DNA of 64,000 nt from contig CAWEPZ010000011.1 in assembly GCA_963811105.1 (NCBI GenBank), forward strand, positions 352,001 through 416,000. Reading direction: 5' to 3'. A program made the position numbers and the translations under genes. How positions within the stretch are numbered: position 1 is the stretch's first letter; each line of letters begins with the position of its first letter. The notes beneath the pieces are model-generated. The model was not told the DNA's origin. It ran no database searches and saw nothing but the letters and a program-made list of their open reading frames with translations. The DNA comes from Candidatus Bathyarchaeota archaeon. Lineage in GTDB: Archaea; Thermoproteota; Bathyarchaeia; Bathyarchaeales; Bathycorpusculaceae. This document shows, piece by piece, positions 50,340 through 60,345 of the stretch.

Positions 50340-50448
50340 GCTCCGGTAGTATAGTCCGGTCAAACCTTACTAAGACGTCTTATTAAGGGACTATGTATAG
50401 CGGCCTCTCGAGTCGCGGACCCGGGTCCAAATCCCGGCCGGAGCACCA
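50340..50448 (+). tRNA. tRNA-Glu(CTC) with 31-nt D-loop intron (50364-50394)
   Basis: GCTCCGG/CCGGAGC acceptor, loop CTCTCGA; AAA bulge, GGTC/GACT 4-bp helix, ATG bulge; intron stem CCTTA/TAAGG. Confidence 0.9.
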
Positions 50449-50506
50449 ACACATTTTGCAACACTTTATCAACATTGAACAAGAATTTTAGGTTGTGAAA
50501 TTAAAG

Positions 50507-51619
50507 CTATTTGTACATTAGCGTTGAACACAGTTCTTCCACCGTTCGGTTCAGAGTCAGCTCCGCCATGTTTCCGCTATAATCCATTATTCTTCTTGAA
50601 CTGTCAAAAATCAAACGAAGTACCGAAGCAATGTTTGGGTCTATTTTTTTGCTTGACATCAGCATAATTAACTCATTTTCAAGCGGCGTGAGCGATTCGC
50701 GTTTTGAAATCAATTTTTCTGCATCTTTATATTCTCTCTTAAAGAGGGCTTTTATGGCGTCATCATACAGTTGATGCGCTTGCTGACTGAAGTTGACTAG
50801 TTGGTTGTATATTTCTTCGTCTATAGGGTCTTTTATGAAAAGTGTTTCGTCATCGATTAGTTTTTGCAGTGAACCCAAGTTATTTATTATGTCCATTGCG
50901 TTTTGAGCTATGCTTTCTATGTCGTTTACTGCTATGCGGTAGAGAAGGAATTCTTTAGGGGTTCTAAAACCGAGTTCTCGATAAAGATTTCGTTCAATAC
51001 CGTATTTAAGCTGACGAACAATGTATAGTCCTAAACGGTTTACATCATTATGAGCACTTATGACGCTGTCAAACAAACTGGTGCTTCGCTCTTTTAAAGC
51101 GGCGATCGCATCCCTATTTGCGGAAATCGCCACGATAGCCATTCGTCTAACAGCTTTCTCTATTGGAAATTCGGAGTGTTTTATCAAGATTTGCAGGGTA
51201 ATTTCATCTGATGTTTCTTCAATTATTTCTGACCCCAAGAAGTTGTCTCTAGCTAAATTTTTTATTTCGTTTTTGTGTTTTATTGATTCTTGTGGGTTTT
51301 TGAAATGGACTCTTATTATGTCAGCGCCTATGGCATATAATGCGCGGATCATGCGAAGGGTTGACTGTATGGTTTCTTTTTGGTCAATATTGATGAAGTA
51401 TTCTTTGGGTTTAGCAGCGTTGCCTCTACCTTCTTTTTCTTGGATTCTTCTTGGAACAAGCATCAGCGTGGAGTCTGGTTGAATGTTGAACGCTATTTCG
51501 CTGCCACGCTTTAACTCTAGGTCTTGGACCCATTCTTTGGGTAAGGATATGATGTATGAGCCTCTTCCTGTGCATTGGACTCTTCTATAACCTAAGTCTT
51601 TTTCTGCCACAATAGCCAC
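50507..51619 (-). CDS. AbrB-PhoU family regulator
   Basis: RRVQ.TG.GSYIISLPKEW N-domain plus two PhoU-like repeats. Confidence 0.9.
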   Translation of the reverse strand: MAIVAEKDLGYRRVQCTGRGSYIISLPKEWVQDLELKRGSEIAFNIQPDSTLMLVPRRIQEKEGRGNAAKPKEYFINIDQKETIQSTLRMIRALYAIGADIIRVHFKNPQESIKHKNEIKNLARDNFLGSEIIEETSDEITLQILIKHSEFPIEKAVRRMAIVAISANRDAIAALKERSTSLFDSVISAHNDVNRLGLYIVRQLKYGIERNLYRELGFRTPKEFLLYRIAVNDIESIAQNAMDIINNLGSLQKLIDDETLFIKDPIDEEIYNQLVNFSQQAHQLYDDAIKALFKREYKDAEKLISKRESLTPLENELIMLMSSKKIDPNIASVLRLIFDSSRRIMDYSGNMAELTLNRTVEELCSTLMYK

Positions 51620-51882
51620 CTGACATACGATTCGTATAGATAATATGCTTCATGAACGGGCATATAAATGATTATGAACAAAGTTATATAGAATACATGC
51701 CATTTAATCGGGCTAACCTACTTGAACTAGTCGTAAAAATGACTCTGAACACCTGTAAAGTCATAATTAGAAACGCTGACCAAACCACCATGATTAAAGG
51801 TGTTTCATACACAATCGATATGTAACTTTAGAGTCTCATGATCACATGTGCACGCTAAACAGGAAACTATGAGGTTTAAAGT

Positions 51883-52326
51883 ATGAAAAGAATAATAGCA
51901 AACCAAGAAGCATGTATGGGCTGCGGCCTCTGCGAAGTCTACTGCATTGTGCAACATTCAAAATCGAAAGATATTGTTAAAGCCTACAATAGCGAACGCC
52001 CCAAACCTATAAGCCGAGTTACAGTAGAACTAAACAAGCCTGTTTCCTTTGCAATCCAATGCCGCCATTGTGAAGACGCACCGTGCGTAACAGCCTGCTT
52101 GTCTGGTGCCATGCAAAAAGATGAAAAAACAGGTTTGGTAACCCATAACAAAGAAAGATGCATGGGCTGCTGGACCTGTATCATGGTTTGTCCATACGGT
52201 GCCATAAAAATGGACAAAGATAACAAAGTGGTAACTAAGTGTGACTTGTGCCAAGGCTTTGATGAGCCGGCATGCGTTGCTAACTGTCCCAATCAAGCTT
52301 TGGTTTTCAAAGAGGTGAAATCCTAA
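51883..52326 (+). CDS. 4Fe-4S dicluster ferredoxin-like protein
   Basis: CMGCGLC...C, CRHC..APC...C, CMGCWTC...CP, CDLC...C...CP. Confidence 0.93.
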   Translation: MKRIIANQEACMGCGLCEVYCIVQHSKSKDIVKAYNSERPKPISRVTVELNKPVSFAIQCRHCEDAPCVTACLSGAMQKDEKTGLVTHNKERCMGCWTCIMVCPYGAIKMDKDNKVVTKCDLCQGFDEPACVANCPNQALVFKEVKS

Positions 52327-53607
52327 ATGGCAAAGTACGTTATTGTTGGCGCTTCAGCGGCAGGCATAGGCGCAGTTGAAGCTATCCGAGAAGTTGACCC
52401 AGTTGGAACCTTAACCATAATCTCGGAGGAACCATGCCCCCAGTACAGCCGTCCAATGATCAGTGACTTTGTCAGCGGCAAAGCAGACTTTCAAAAAATG
52501 AAGTTTCGAACCGACGAATTCTGGAAAGAAAACAATGTTGAAGCTTTAACAGGCAAAAAAGCAACCGCGCTAAACCTCAATGAGAAATCAATTCAACTTG
52601 AAAGTGGAGAAAAAGTCTCATACGAAAAATTGTTAATTGCCACAGGTGGTAAACCTTTCATTCCAAAGATGGAAGGCTCCGAGAAAGATGGCTTATTCAC
52701 CTTTACTACTATGAAAGACGCCCAATCACTGGCAGCTAAAATCAGCAACATAAACGCTAAGACGGCAGTCGTTATAGGCGCAGGACTTATCGGCATAAGC
52801 GTGACTGAAGCGCTGGTTAAGCTCGGTTTAAAAGTTACGATTGTCGAATTGCAGGATAAAATTCTGAGCTTGCTGTTGGATGCCCAAGCTTCTGACCTTG
52901 TGGAGGCGGTTATTAAGAAAGCAGGCGTTAGCATCGTCACCGGTCAGTCCGTGCAGAAAATCATAGGCAAACCATGCAACGATGGTGCTGTTGGCGGAGT
53001 TATTTTAACCAAGGGTGAGCAGGTTCTATGCGACCTTGTAGTTGTGGCGATTGGTGTTGTTCCACGAACTGAATTGGTCATTGGAACAATGATCAAAACT
53101 AACCGAGGAATAATAGTAGACAACCTAATGCAAACAAATGTACCTGAAGTTTACGCTAGCGGTGACGTAGCTGAGGCATACGACTTCATCACGAATCAGA
53201 ATCGTCTCTTGCCGCTTTGGCCTTTGGCAGTTTTGGAGGGTCAAATTGCAGGCTATAATATGGCAGGAAAGAAAACCACTTATGGGGGCGGCACAAACAT
53301 GAGTAGCCTCAAGTACTTTGGCATTCCAATCGTTTCAATAGGTTTAGCTAACCCAAAGGAAGACCCTACATTGGAAGTGATTGTTCAACATTATGCAGAG
53401 CGCAATGTGTACAAGAAAATTGTCCTAAAAAACAATGTCATCGTAGGTTTGACGCTCATAAATTGCATTGAACGAGCAGGCGTTCTGTTCTATCTGATGA
53501 AGAATGCAATAAACGTGAAGAAGTTTAAACAAAAACTTCTCGCAGATGACTTTGGCTTAGCAACATTGCCGGCTAGTTTACAAAAAAAAATGGATGTGGT
53601 GCAATAA
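52327..53607 (+). CDS. FAD/NAD(P)H-dependent pyridine nucleotide oxidoreductase
   Basis: IVGASAAG, ATGG, VIGAGLIG, TNVPEVYASGD. Confidence 0.9.
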   Translation: MAKYVIVGASAAGIGAVEAIREVDPVGTLTIISEEPCPQYSRPMISDFVSGKADFQKMKFRTDEFWKENNVEALTGKKATALNLNEKSIQLESGEKVSYEKLLIATGGKPFIPKMEGSEKDGLFTFTTMKDAQSLAAKISNINAKTAVVIGAGLIGISVTEALVKLGLKVTIVELQDKILSLLLDAQASDLVEAVIKKAGVSIVTGQSVQKIIGKPCNDGAVGGVILTKGEQVLCDLVVVAIGVVPRTELVIGTMIKTNRGIIVDNLMQTNVPEVYASGDVAEAYDFITNQNRLLPLWPLAVLEGQIAGYNMAGKKTTYGGGTNMSSLKYFGIPIVSIGLANPKEDPTLEVIVQHYAERNVYKKIVLKNNVIVGLTLINCIERAGVLFYLMKNAINVKKFKQKLLADDFGLATLPASLQKKMDVVQ

Positions 53608-54748
53608 GATGAACGCTGAAGACAAAAAAATAATTAACCCGTTTGGCGACGACAAGGATTTTTCAGGCTGTGCCCTTTTCGGAATGATGAATACAGACGG
53701 TAATCGTTTCAGCTCTAAAGATCCCGTTCGCGCAATAACTAACATGCATGACCGCGGTAACGGTTTAGGCGGCGGCTTTGCAGTTTACGGTATTTATCCA
53801 GATTTCAAAGAGCATTATGCTTTTCACATAATGTACCTAAGCAAAGACGCTAAAGAAAAGACCGATCGTATACTCGCTTCAAAATTTGACACAATTTACG
53901 ATGAAGAAATGCAGACAAAACCAGCCAATGTCCACAACCCTCCGTTAGTTTGGCGGTACTTTGTTCAACCCAAAAAGCTTAGACCTGAAAATCAAACAGA
54001 AGAAGACTATGTAATAGAAGCTATAATGCGAATCAACACCGAAACAGGAAAGGCATTTGTCTTCTCAAGCGGCAAGAACATGGGCGTTTTCAAAGGCGTC
54101 GGCTTTCCAGAAGACGTCGCAGATTTCTTCTGCCTAGAAGACTATCAAGGTTACCTTTGGTCATGCCACAGCAGGTTCCCCACGAACACTCCCGGTTGGT
54201 GGGGCGGGGCACATCCATTCAACATATTGGACTGGACAGTTGTGCATAACGGCGAACTGTCATCTTATGGCATAAACCGCCGCTACTTGGAAATGTACGG
54301 TTACAAATGCACAATGCAAACGGACACTGAGGTGTTGGCATATGCTGTTGATTTGCTTATGCGAAGACAAAACTTGCCCATAGAAGTGGTAACCCAAATT
54401 CTCGCTGCACCATTATGGAGTGAAATAGACAGAATGGAACCCAAAAAAGCGCAAGTCCTAAGAACTCTACGTCAAACCTATGGCAGTTTACTGATGAATG
54501 GACCTTTTAGCATAATTATTGCTCACCACGGGGAAATGATAGGCTTAACTGATAGAATCAAACTACGCCCGCTTGTGTCGGGCACAAATGGCGACTTTGT
54601 CTACCTATCTTCAGAAGAATCAGCCATGCGTCTAGTTTCACCTAATTTGGACAAGTTTTGGGCCCCTAGAGGCGGAGAACCAGTTGTGGTTAGACTTAAA
54701 AACAGTCCTCAAGACGTTGAGATTTCAGCAGGAGGAAAAAGCCATTGA
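53594..54748 (+). CDS. Glutamate synthase amidotransferase subunit (GltB1-like Ntn domain)
   Basis: GCALFG, RGNGLGGG, HSRFPTN, AHPF, HNGE, TDTE, DRIKLRP. Confidence 0.88.
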   Translation: MWCNKMNAEDKKIINPFGDDKDFSGCALFGMMNTDGNRFSSKDPVRAITNMHDRGNGLGGGFAVYGIYPDFKEHYAFHIMYLSKDAKEKTDRILASKFDTIYDEEMQTKPANVHNPPLVWRYFVQPKKLRPENQTEEDYVIEAIMRINTETGKAFVFSSGKNMGVFKGVGFPEDVADFFCLEDYQGYLWSCHSRFPTNTPGWWGGAHPFNILDWTVVHNGELSSYGINRRYLEMYGYKCTMQTDTEVLAYAVDLLMRRQNLPIEVVTQILAAPLWSEIDRMEPKKAQVLRTLRQTYGSLLMNGPFSIIIAHHGEMIGLTDRIKLRPLVSGTNGDFVYLSSEESAMRLVSPNLDKFWAPRGGEPVVVRLKNSPQDVEISAGGKSH

Positions 54749-56256
54749 AAACTTACGTGATTCCTGAATATTTAGTTGAACGCGACGAAAAACGTTGCAT
54801 ACGCTGCAAAGTATGTGTTAACCAATGTACATATGAGACACATTACTATGATGCTGAAACGGATACTGTCTGCAGTAAGGACGAGAACTGTGTTAACTGC
54901 CAACGCTGTGTCACTTTCTGCCCAACCAATGCAATTACGATAAGAAAGAACCCAAATGCCAGCCGAGAGAATGCCAACTGGACGTTTGAAGCCATTCGAG
55001 ATGTGAAAAAACAAGCTGAAAACGGCGCGGTTATCTTAACGGGGATGGGCTGTGACAAAATAGGCTATACTTACTGGGATCGACTTCTCCTTAACGCCAG
55101 CCAAGTAACTAACCCATCAATCGACCCTCTTCGAGAACCGATGGAAATCAGAACTTATCTTGGCACGAAACCTGACAAACTTGAAATAGAAATAGAAAAC
55201 GGCAAAACAATCTTGAAGACACAGCTTACTCCTCAGCTTTGCCTTGATACACCTATCATGTTTTCAGCTATGTCCTATGGCGCCATAAGCTTAAACGTAC
55301 ATGAATCCTTAGCTAGAGCGGCAACCGAATGCGGCACTTACTTTAACACTGGCGAAGGCGGCTTAGACCAAAGCCTGTACAAATATGGCGCTCATACGAT
55401 TGTTCAAGTTGCATCTGGGCGGTTCGGTGTCCACCCAAAATATTTGGATGTTGCGGCCGCTATTGAAATCAAAATTGGTCAAGGTGCAAAACCAGGCATA
55501 GGCGGACACTTGCCAGGCGAAAAAGTAACTGAAAATATTGCTAAAACACGCATGATTCCAGAAGGTACAGATGCACTTTCACCTTACCCGCAACATGATA
55601 TTTACTCAATCGAAGACTTGCGGCAGCTGATTTATGCGCTTAAAGAAGCCACAAACTACTCTAAGCCTATTTTAGTAAAAATCGCGGCAGTTCACAACGC
55701 GGCAGCGATTGCCAGCGGTATGGTACGGGCTGGAGCAGACATAATTGCTCTTGACGGTGTTAGAGGCGCAACAGGCGCAGCACCTAAAACCATCAGAGAC
55801 AACGTTGGCATACCCATCGAGCTTGCACTTGCACAAGTGGATCAGCGTCTCCGAGAAGAAGGCATACGCAATCAGGCTTCAGTGGTTGTTGCAGGCGGCA
55901 TCAGAAGCAGCGCGGACGTATTCAAAGCCATAGCATTGGGTGCTGACGCCGTGTACATTGGAACGGCTGCTTTGATAGCTATTGGCTGCACCGTTTGCCA
56001 AAAATGCTACACTGGCAAATGCCCATGGGGTATCGCTACAAGCGATTCATGGATTAGCAAACGCGTCAACCCCGATATCGCATCAAGACGCCTCGTGAAT
56101 TTACTGCAGAGCTGGAGCGTAGAGATTAAGGATATGATGGGCGGTATGGGCATAAACGCCATTGAAAGCCTCCGAGGCAACAGACTGGCACTGCGAGCCG
56201 TTGGCATGAACAGAACGGAACTTGACATTTTGGGTGTTAAAATGGCGGGAGAGTAA
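54745..56256 (+). CDS. Glutamate synthase FMN subunit with N-terminal ferredoxin (GltB2-like)
   Basis: MSYGA, NTGEGG, QVASGRFG, EIKIGQGAKPG.GGHLPG.KV, C..CQKC..G.CP. Confidence 0.93.
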   Translation: MKTYVIPEYLVERDEKRCIRCKVCVNQCTYETHYYDAETDTVCSKDENCVNCQRCVTFCPTNAITIRKNPNASRENANWTFEAIRDVKKQAENGAVILTGMGCDKIGYTYWDRLLLNASQVTNPSIDPLREPMEIRTYLGTKPDKLEIEIENGKTILKTQLTPQLCLDTPIMFSAMSYGAISLNVHESLARAATECGTYFNTGEGGLDQSLYKYGAHTIVQVASGRFGVHPKYLDVAAAIEIKIGQGAKPGIGGHLPGEKVTENIAKTRMIPEGTDALSPYPQHDIYSIEDLRQLIYALKEATNYSKPILVKIAAVHNAAAIASGMVRAGADIIALDGVRGATGAAPKTIRDNVGIPIELALAQVDQRLREEGIRNQASVVVAGGIRSSADVFKAIALGADAVYIGTAALIAIGCTVCQKCYTGKCPWGIATSDSWISKRVNPDIASRRLVNLLQSWSVEIKDMMGGMGINAIESLRGNRLALRAVGMNRTELDILGVKMAGE

Positions 56257-56261
56257 AAAAA

Positions 56262-57068
56262 ATGTTACAAAAGCCTGATACCAAAGATGAAATTGATCAA
56301 AAATACCTTCAATACATTACCAGAGAGGACAATGTGCTAAAAGTCAATGCTGAAGGACTTCACTACAAAGAACTAAACGCCATGCTAAGACAGGCAATTT
56401 GCGCCAACGAGATAGAGCGAATAGACGTACACAATGTTTGCGGACAACGATATCTCGGAACAGACCTTGATACAATCATTCAAATAAACATTTATGGGAC
56501 TCCTGGAAATGACCTTGGAGCCTTCATGAACGGACCAAAAATAGTGATATATGGCAACGCTCAAGACGGCTCGGGCAACACCATGAACGAAGGACAAATA
56601 ATTATCAACGGACACGCGGGAGACGTAACTGGAAATTCAATGCGGGGCGGAAAAATCTTTGTCCGAGACTACGTGGGCTACAGAGTCGGAATCCACATGA
56701 AAGAATACCAACACAAAATCCCACAGATAATCATCGGTCAAACGGCAGGCGACTTTTTGGCGGAGTACATGGCAGGAGGAATCATACTAATCCTCGGCTT
56801 AAACCTCAAAGAAGGCGAAAGATGCAAAGCCCGCTTTGTCGGCACAGGCATGCATGGTGGCGTCATCTTTGAACGAGGCGAAATTCTGGAACCAGTAAAC
56901 GGGACTAAAGTGATGAAAGTCGGTAAACATGACCTTAAAACAATTGAAACTCTTGTCAATGAATACTGCCTCCACTTTGGTGCTGATCCCACAGAAATCT
57001 TGACCGGAAAATTCAAGAAGATACTGCCAATCTCTAAAAGACCTTATGAGAAGCTCTTCTCACACTAA
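56262..57068 (+). CDS. Glutamate synthase GXGXG subunit (GltB3-like)
   Basis: Repeated G..GN.LG..M.G units. Confidence 0.9.
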   Translation: MLQKPDTKDEIDQKYLQYITREDNVLKVNAEGLHYKELNAMLRQAICANEIERIDVHNVCGQRYLGTDLDTIIQINIYGTPGNDLGAFMNGPKIVIYGNAQDGSGNTMNEGQIIINGHAGDVTGNSMRGGKIFVRDYVGYRVGIHMKEYQHKIPQIIIGQTAGDFLAEYMAGGIILILGLNLKEGERCKARFVGTGMHGGVIFERGEILEPVNGTKVMKVGKHDLKTIETLVNEYCLHFGADPTEILTGKFKKILPISKRPYEKLFSH

Positions 57069-57539
57069 ACTATTTTCTAAAAGTTTTTGCAAGTATTTAG
57101 TTTTAACATTTTGCTAGGCCCTAACCGTATCAAAACATGTTATTTAGGATCCAGCGCTATTTCCGAAATGAAGTCTATTATTCAAACTCCGACACAAACA
57201 ACCTCGAAATTTGCACTAATTTGAATTTCTAGAGCATTTTTCTGAAACTAACACTTTGAGTTGGCGGCTAAACAGCTCGCCTTTTCAAACAATTTCACAC
57301 AATTTAGCACAAATCCACACAAATAAGCACGTGCAAATAATTCAAGCTCAATTTCAAAAAAATCAATCCGAAACACCTTAATTATAAAAGGGCAACACGA
57401 CTGTAGTTGCTCTTCCAAAGAGACAATCACAACAAACATCGAAGCTAAATTACTCTCAAGCTCTTAATTTCTTAAAGTAAAATACCAAATTAATTGCTTT
57501 CGAAATAAAAAGAAAAGAATGGGGTTTTGTTTTTTAGGT

Positions 57540-60107
57540 TTATTGTCGTTTTCTAAGCATTAATACGCCGACGATGGCGATTGCAATTATTATAGCGATT
57601 ACTCCAGCGACAATGTAGGTCATTAGATCCGTTGTAGTTGCTAGATTGAGAGGTGAAACTGTTGGTGTTGATGTTGTAGTTGTTGTTGCTGCTACCACTG
57701 TTGCGTAGGTTGTTGCAAAAGAGCTGCCGTAAGAGTCGTCACCTGCAAATGTTGCTGTAACCTTGTAGTTACCTGCAACGGTGGGAGCCCAAGTATATGC
57801 GAATGTACCGCTGTAGCCCTCAGAAGTCACTGTTATTATATGAACTGGATTGCCGTTTGGATCAATTGCATCTATGGATACTGGAACGCCGTCTATGGTT
57901 ATGTTGTGGTAGATTCCATCGATGGGCATTTGCCAGTGTAGGTATTCCATTTGTGTGGTCATTGAATCTTTAGAGACACAAGGTGTTCCGGGTTGGCCTG
58001 GAGACTTATCAAGCACTGAACCTTTTATAACAAGGCCGCTTCCAACAGGCACTGTGACGTCTGGTGAAGTTATTGTGGTTTGGCTTAACCCTTTGCCGAC
58101 AATATATTCTATGCAGTCATATGCGTTTGAATAGGCTAGGTACCCGTCGGATATAGCGCCTTGGAATACTCTTGAGCCGTCAGTGGAGCCTGTTTGAGTG
58201 TCTGGTAATTGCCAAATGTTTTCGCCATTTGTCATGTTGATTGCGTGTATGCACCAGCCTCGTTTGATAGGTTCGTCTGCTGAGTGTTCAGCGTTCGTTG
58301 TGTAGTAGACTCCGTCTGCGATCATGCCGCAAGTGTGCCATGGATTCACTGTCATGTTACCGTTTGTGTAGGGTGTTTCATATGGCGAAGCTGCAGGGTC
58401 AGCGTATGACCAAACAACTTTTCCAGTAGTCCAGTTAAGCGCTGTCACTGAGTCGAATTGGTTTGACATTATCATGCCGCCGTATGAGCATGAGCCATAG
58501 GTTCCAAAGGTTCCCCAAGGTTCACTAGATATTTCACTTACCCATAGAGCTTGTCCAGTTAGCATATTCCAGCAGTGCCAGTGGCCATCATTGTAGCGTT
58601 GAGCAAATAATCCGTGATCAGCTTGTGCTGGTGTTCCTTCGGTAGCGTAGGGTATTCCGGTTGTGACGTTGGCAACCATTTGTCCTGTTGTGAGGCTGTA
58701 AGAGGTTATGACTGCGGCATTGGCGCTAACAGCTATTCCAGCTTGGAAATCAATAGTAGTAGTCGGAAGACTGCTTATGGGCCAAGTTATGTTACTTATT
58801 ATCCTAGGACTTAATGTGGTATCGGTACCTCGAGTAGTCCAATTAACCAAGCGGTAACGTTGAGAACCTGCAGCAGAACCCATGTCATACACGCTTAGAG
58901 CGTATGGATCAGCGTAGAATAGGCCAGTCGATAAGGGAGCAATTGAGCTGTTTGTCACAATGGCACCCGTATAAGGATCATATTTTATCAACAAGCCATT
59001 GCCTATGAAGACAAGATAAACTGTGTACAAGTGTGGTTGTGCACCGACAATTTCAGGGATGCCAGGATCATAAGTAATCATAGTTGGTGGATATTGAACT
59101 GGGTAACGGTCCCAATAGATTTGTCCGGTTCGTATGTCGTAGCATTCCCAAACGCTTGTTGCATTTCCATCCACCACTTTGGTAGTAGTCCAGTATGCTC
59201 TGCCAGAATAGATTATAGTTGGATGACCGTAAATTACTTGTGCGCTCGCCCAGATGGTGTTTGTGCCCATGCTTCCTCCAATCAAACCGCCGATGTTATA
59301 GGGTTGTTTCCAAACTACGTGTGCAGATTTTGGTCCTTGAACATAAGGCTCATAGCCATATCGAAGTAGCGCATAGTTATTTGTGTCCGCTGGCCAAGTG
59401 GAACCGCCTCCAACTACGCCGGTACCTGGGTAGTTGCCTAGAATTGGCCACCATTCACGGTTCATTGTAGTTGCAGGTCGCGTCCAGTAGTCAGTTGGCA
59501 ATGGTGATCCAGGCCATGAAAGTACTGGCTGACCTTGAACAGTAAGACCATATGGACCATCAGAGCTAGGCTGGTAGTATGTCGAAGGCAAATTTTGTGC
59601 TGCTCCGAATCCGCTTGGTACGTAAGATGGGATTGCTGCAACGTTAGGGTAGTTTACTCCATTGTAGTAGGTTCCATTAGGGAAATACTGTCCGAGAAAG
59701 TCTAGTTTGATTGTCCACTGCCCAACTTGATCAGGCGTGTATTCAACCCATGCAGTTGTGTCAGCTACGTAGGAGTCTTTAACAATAACGTCTTGACTTC
59801 CGTCTGGCTTAGTAATTGTCACTTTATAAGCTTGGAAAAACTGGTAGTTGGCAGCCAGAGTTGTAGCTTCTATCCACATGTTTATCAGAATTGGTTGGCC
59901 AATGCCTACGATTCTTGGTCTAAAGCTTACGTGAGCAATTGTTGTAGGCGTTATGCTGGCAGTAGTGCCGTTGGGTATCGATACTGTTGGTTGTTGCGAG
60001 GCAGCTTGAGCTTTAACAGGTTCATTAGCAAGTATAACTAAAGCAGAAGATATCAAAAGAGCAATAACGAATATACTGAATATTTTGGTGCTTATTTGAA
60101 TTTTCAA
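57540..60107 (-). CDS. Secreted PQQ-like beta-propeller surface protein with Ig-like domains and C-terminal TM anchor
   Basis: Signal peptide, repeated TG...W motifs, Thr-rich linker, TM followed by RKRQ. Confidence 0.85.
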   Translation of the reverse strand: MKIQISTKIFSIFVIALLISSALVILANEPVKAQAASQQPTVSIPNGTTASITPTTIAHVSFRPRIVGIGQPILINMWIEATTLAANYQFFQAYKVTITKPDGSQDVIVKDSYVADTTAWVEYTPDQVGQWTIKLDFLGQYFPNGTYYNGVNYPNVAAIPSYVPSGFGAAQNLPSTYYQPSSDGPYGLTVQGQPVLSWPGSPLPTDYWTRPATTMNREWWPILGNYPGTGVVGGGSTWPADTNNYALLRYGYEPYVQGPKSAHVVWKQPYNIGGLIGGSMGTNTIWASAQVIYGHPTIIYSGRAYWTTTKVVDGNATSVWECYDIRTGQIYWDRYPVQYPPTMITYDPGIPEIVGAQPHLYTVYLVFIGNGLLIKYDPYTGAIVTNSSIAPLSTGLFYADPYALSVYDMGSAAGSQRYRLVNWTTRGTDTTLSPRIISNITWPISSLPTTTIDFQAGIAVSANAAVITSYSLTTGQMVANVTTGIPYATEGTPAQADHGLFAQRYNDGHWHCWNMLTGQALWVSEISSEPWGTFGTYGSCSYGGMIMSNQFDSVTALNWTTGKVVWSYADPAASPYETPYTNGNMTVNPWHTCGMIADGVYYTTNAEHSADEPIKRGWCIHAINMTNGENIWQLPDTQTGSTDGSRVFQGAISDGYLAYSNAYDCIEYIVGKGLSQTTITSPDVTVPVGSGLVIKGSVLDKSPGQPGTPCVSKDSMTTQMEYLHWQMPIDGIYHNITIDGVPVSIDAIDPNGNPVHIITVTSEGYSGTFAYTWAPTVAGNYKVTATFAGDDSYGSSFATTYATVVAATTTTTSTPTVSPLNLATTTDLMTYIVAGVIAIIIAIAIVGVLMLRKRQ

Positions 60108-60345
60108 GTTCTTTTCTCCTAAATTTTTATGAGCGTAGCGTAACGAGCATTTGGCTTATATGTTTTTTCTTACAAAAACCATAATCGCTCCATTCATGCT
60201 ATCAAGCAGCTCTAAAGTTTAACAACCATCTTCTTTTGCTATCCTCGTCCTACTGCTTAATTTAAGCACCTTGCAATGATACAATTGTAAGTTTTTATTC
60301 AAGCTTAGCATCAACGTATAGGATATCAGAGAGGGAACTGCGAGT

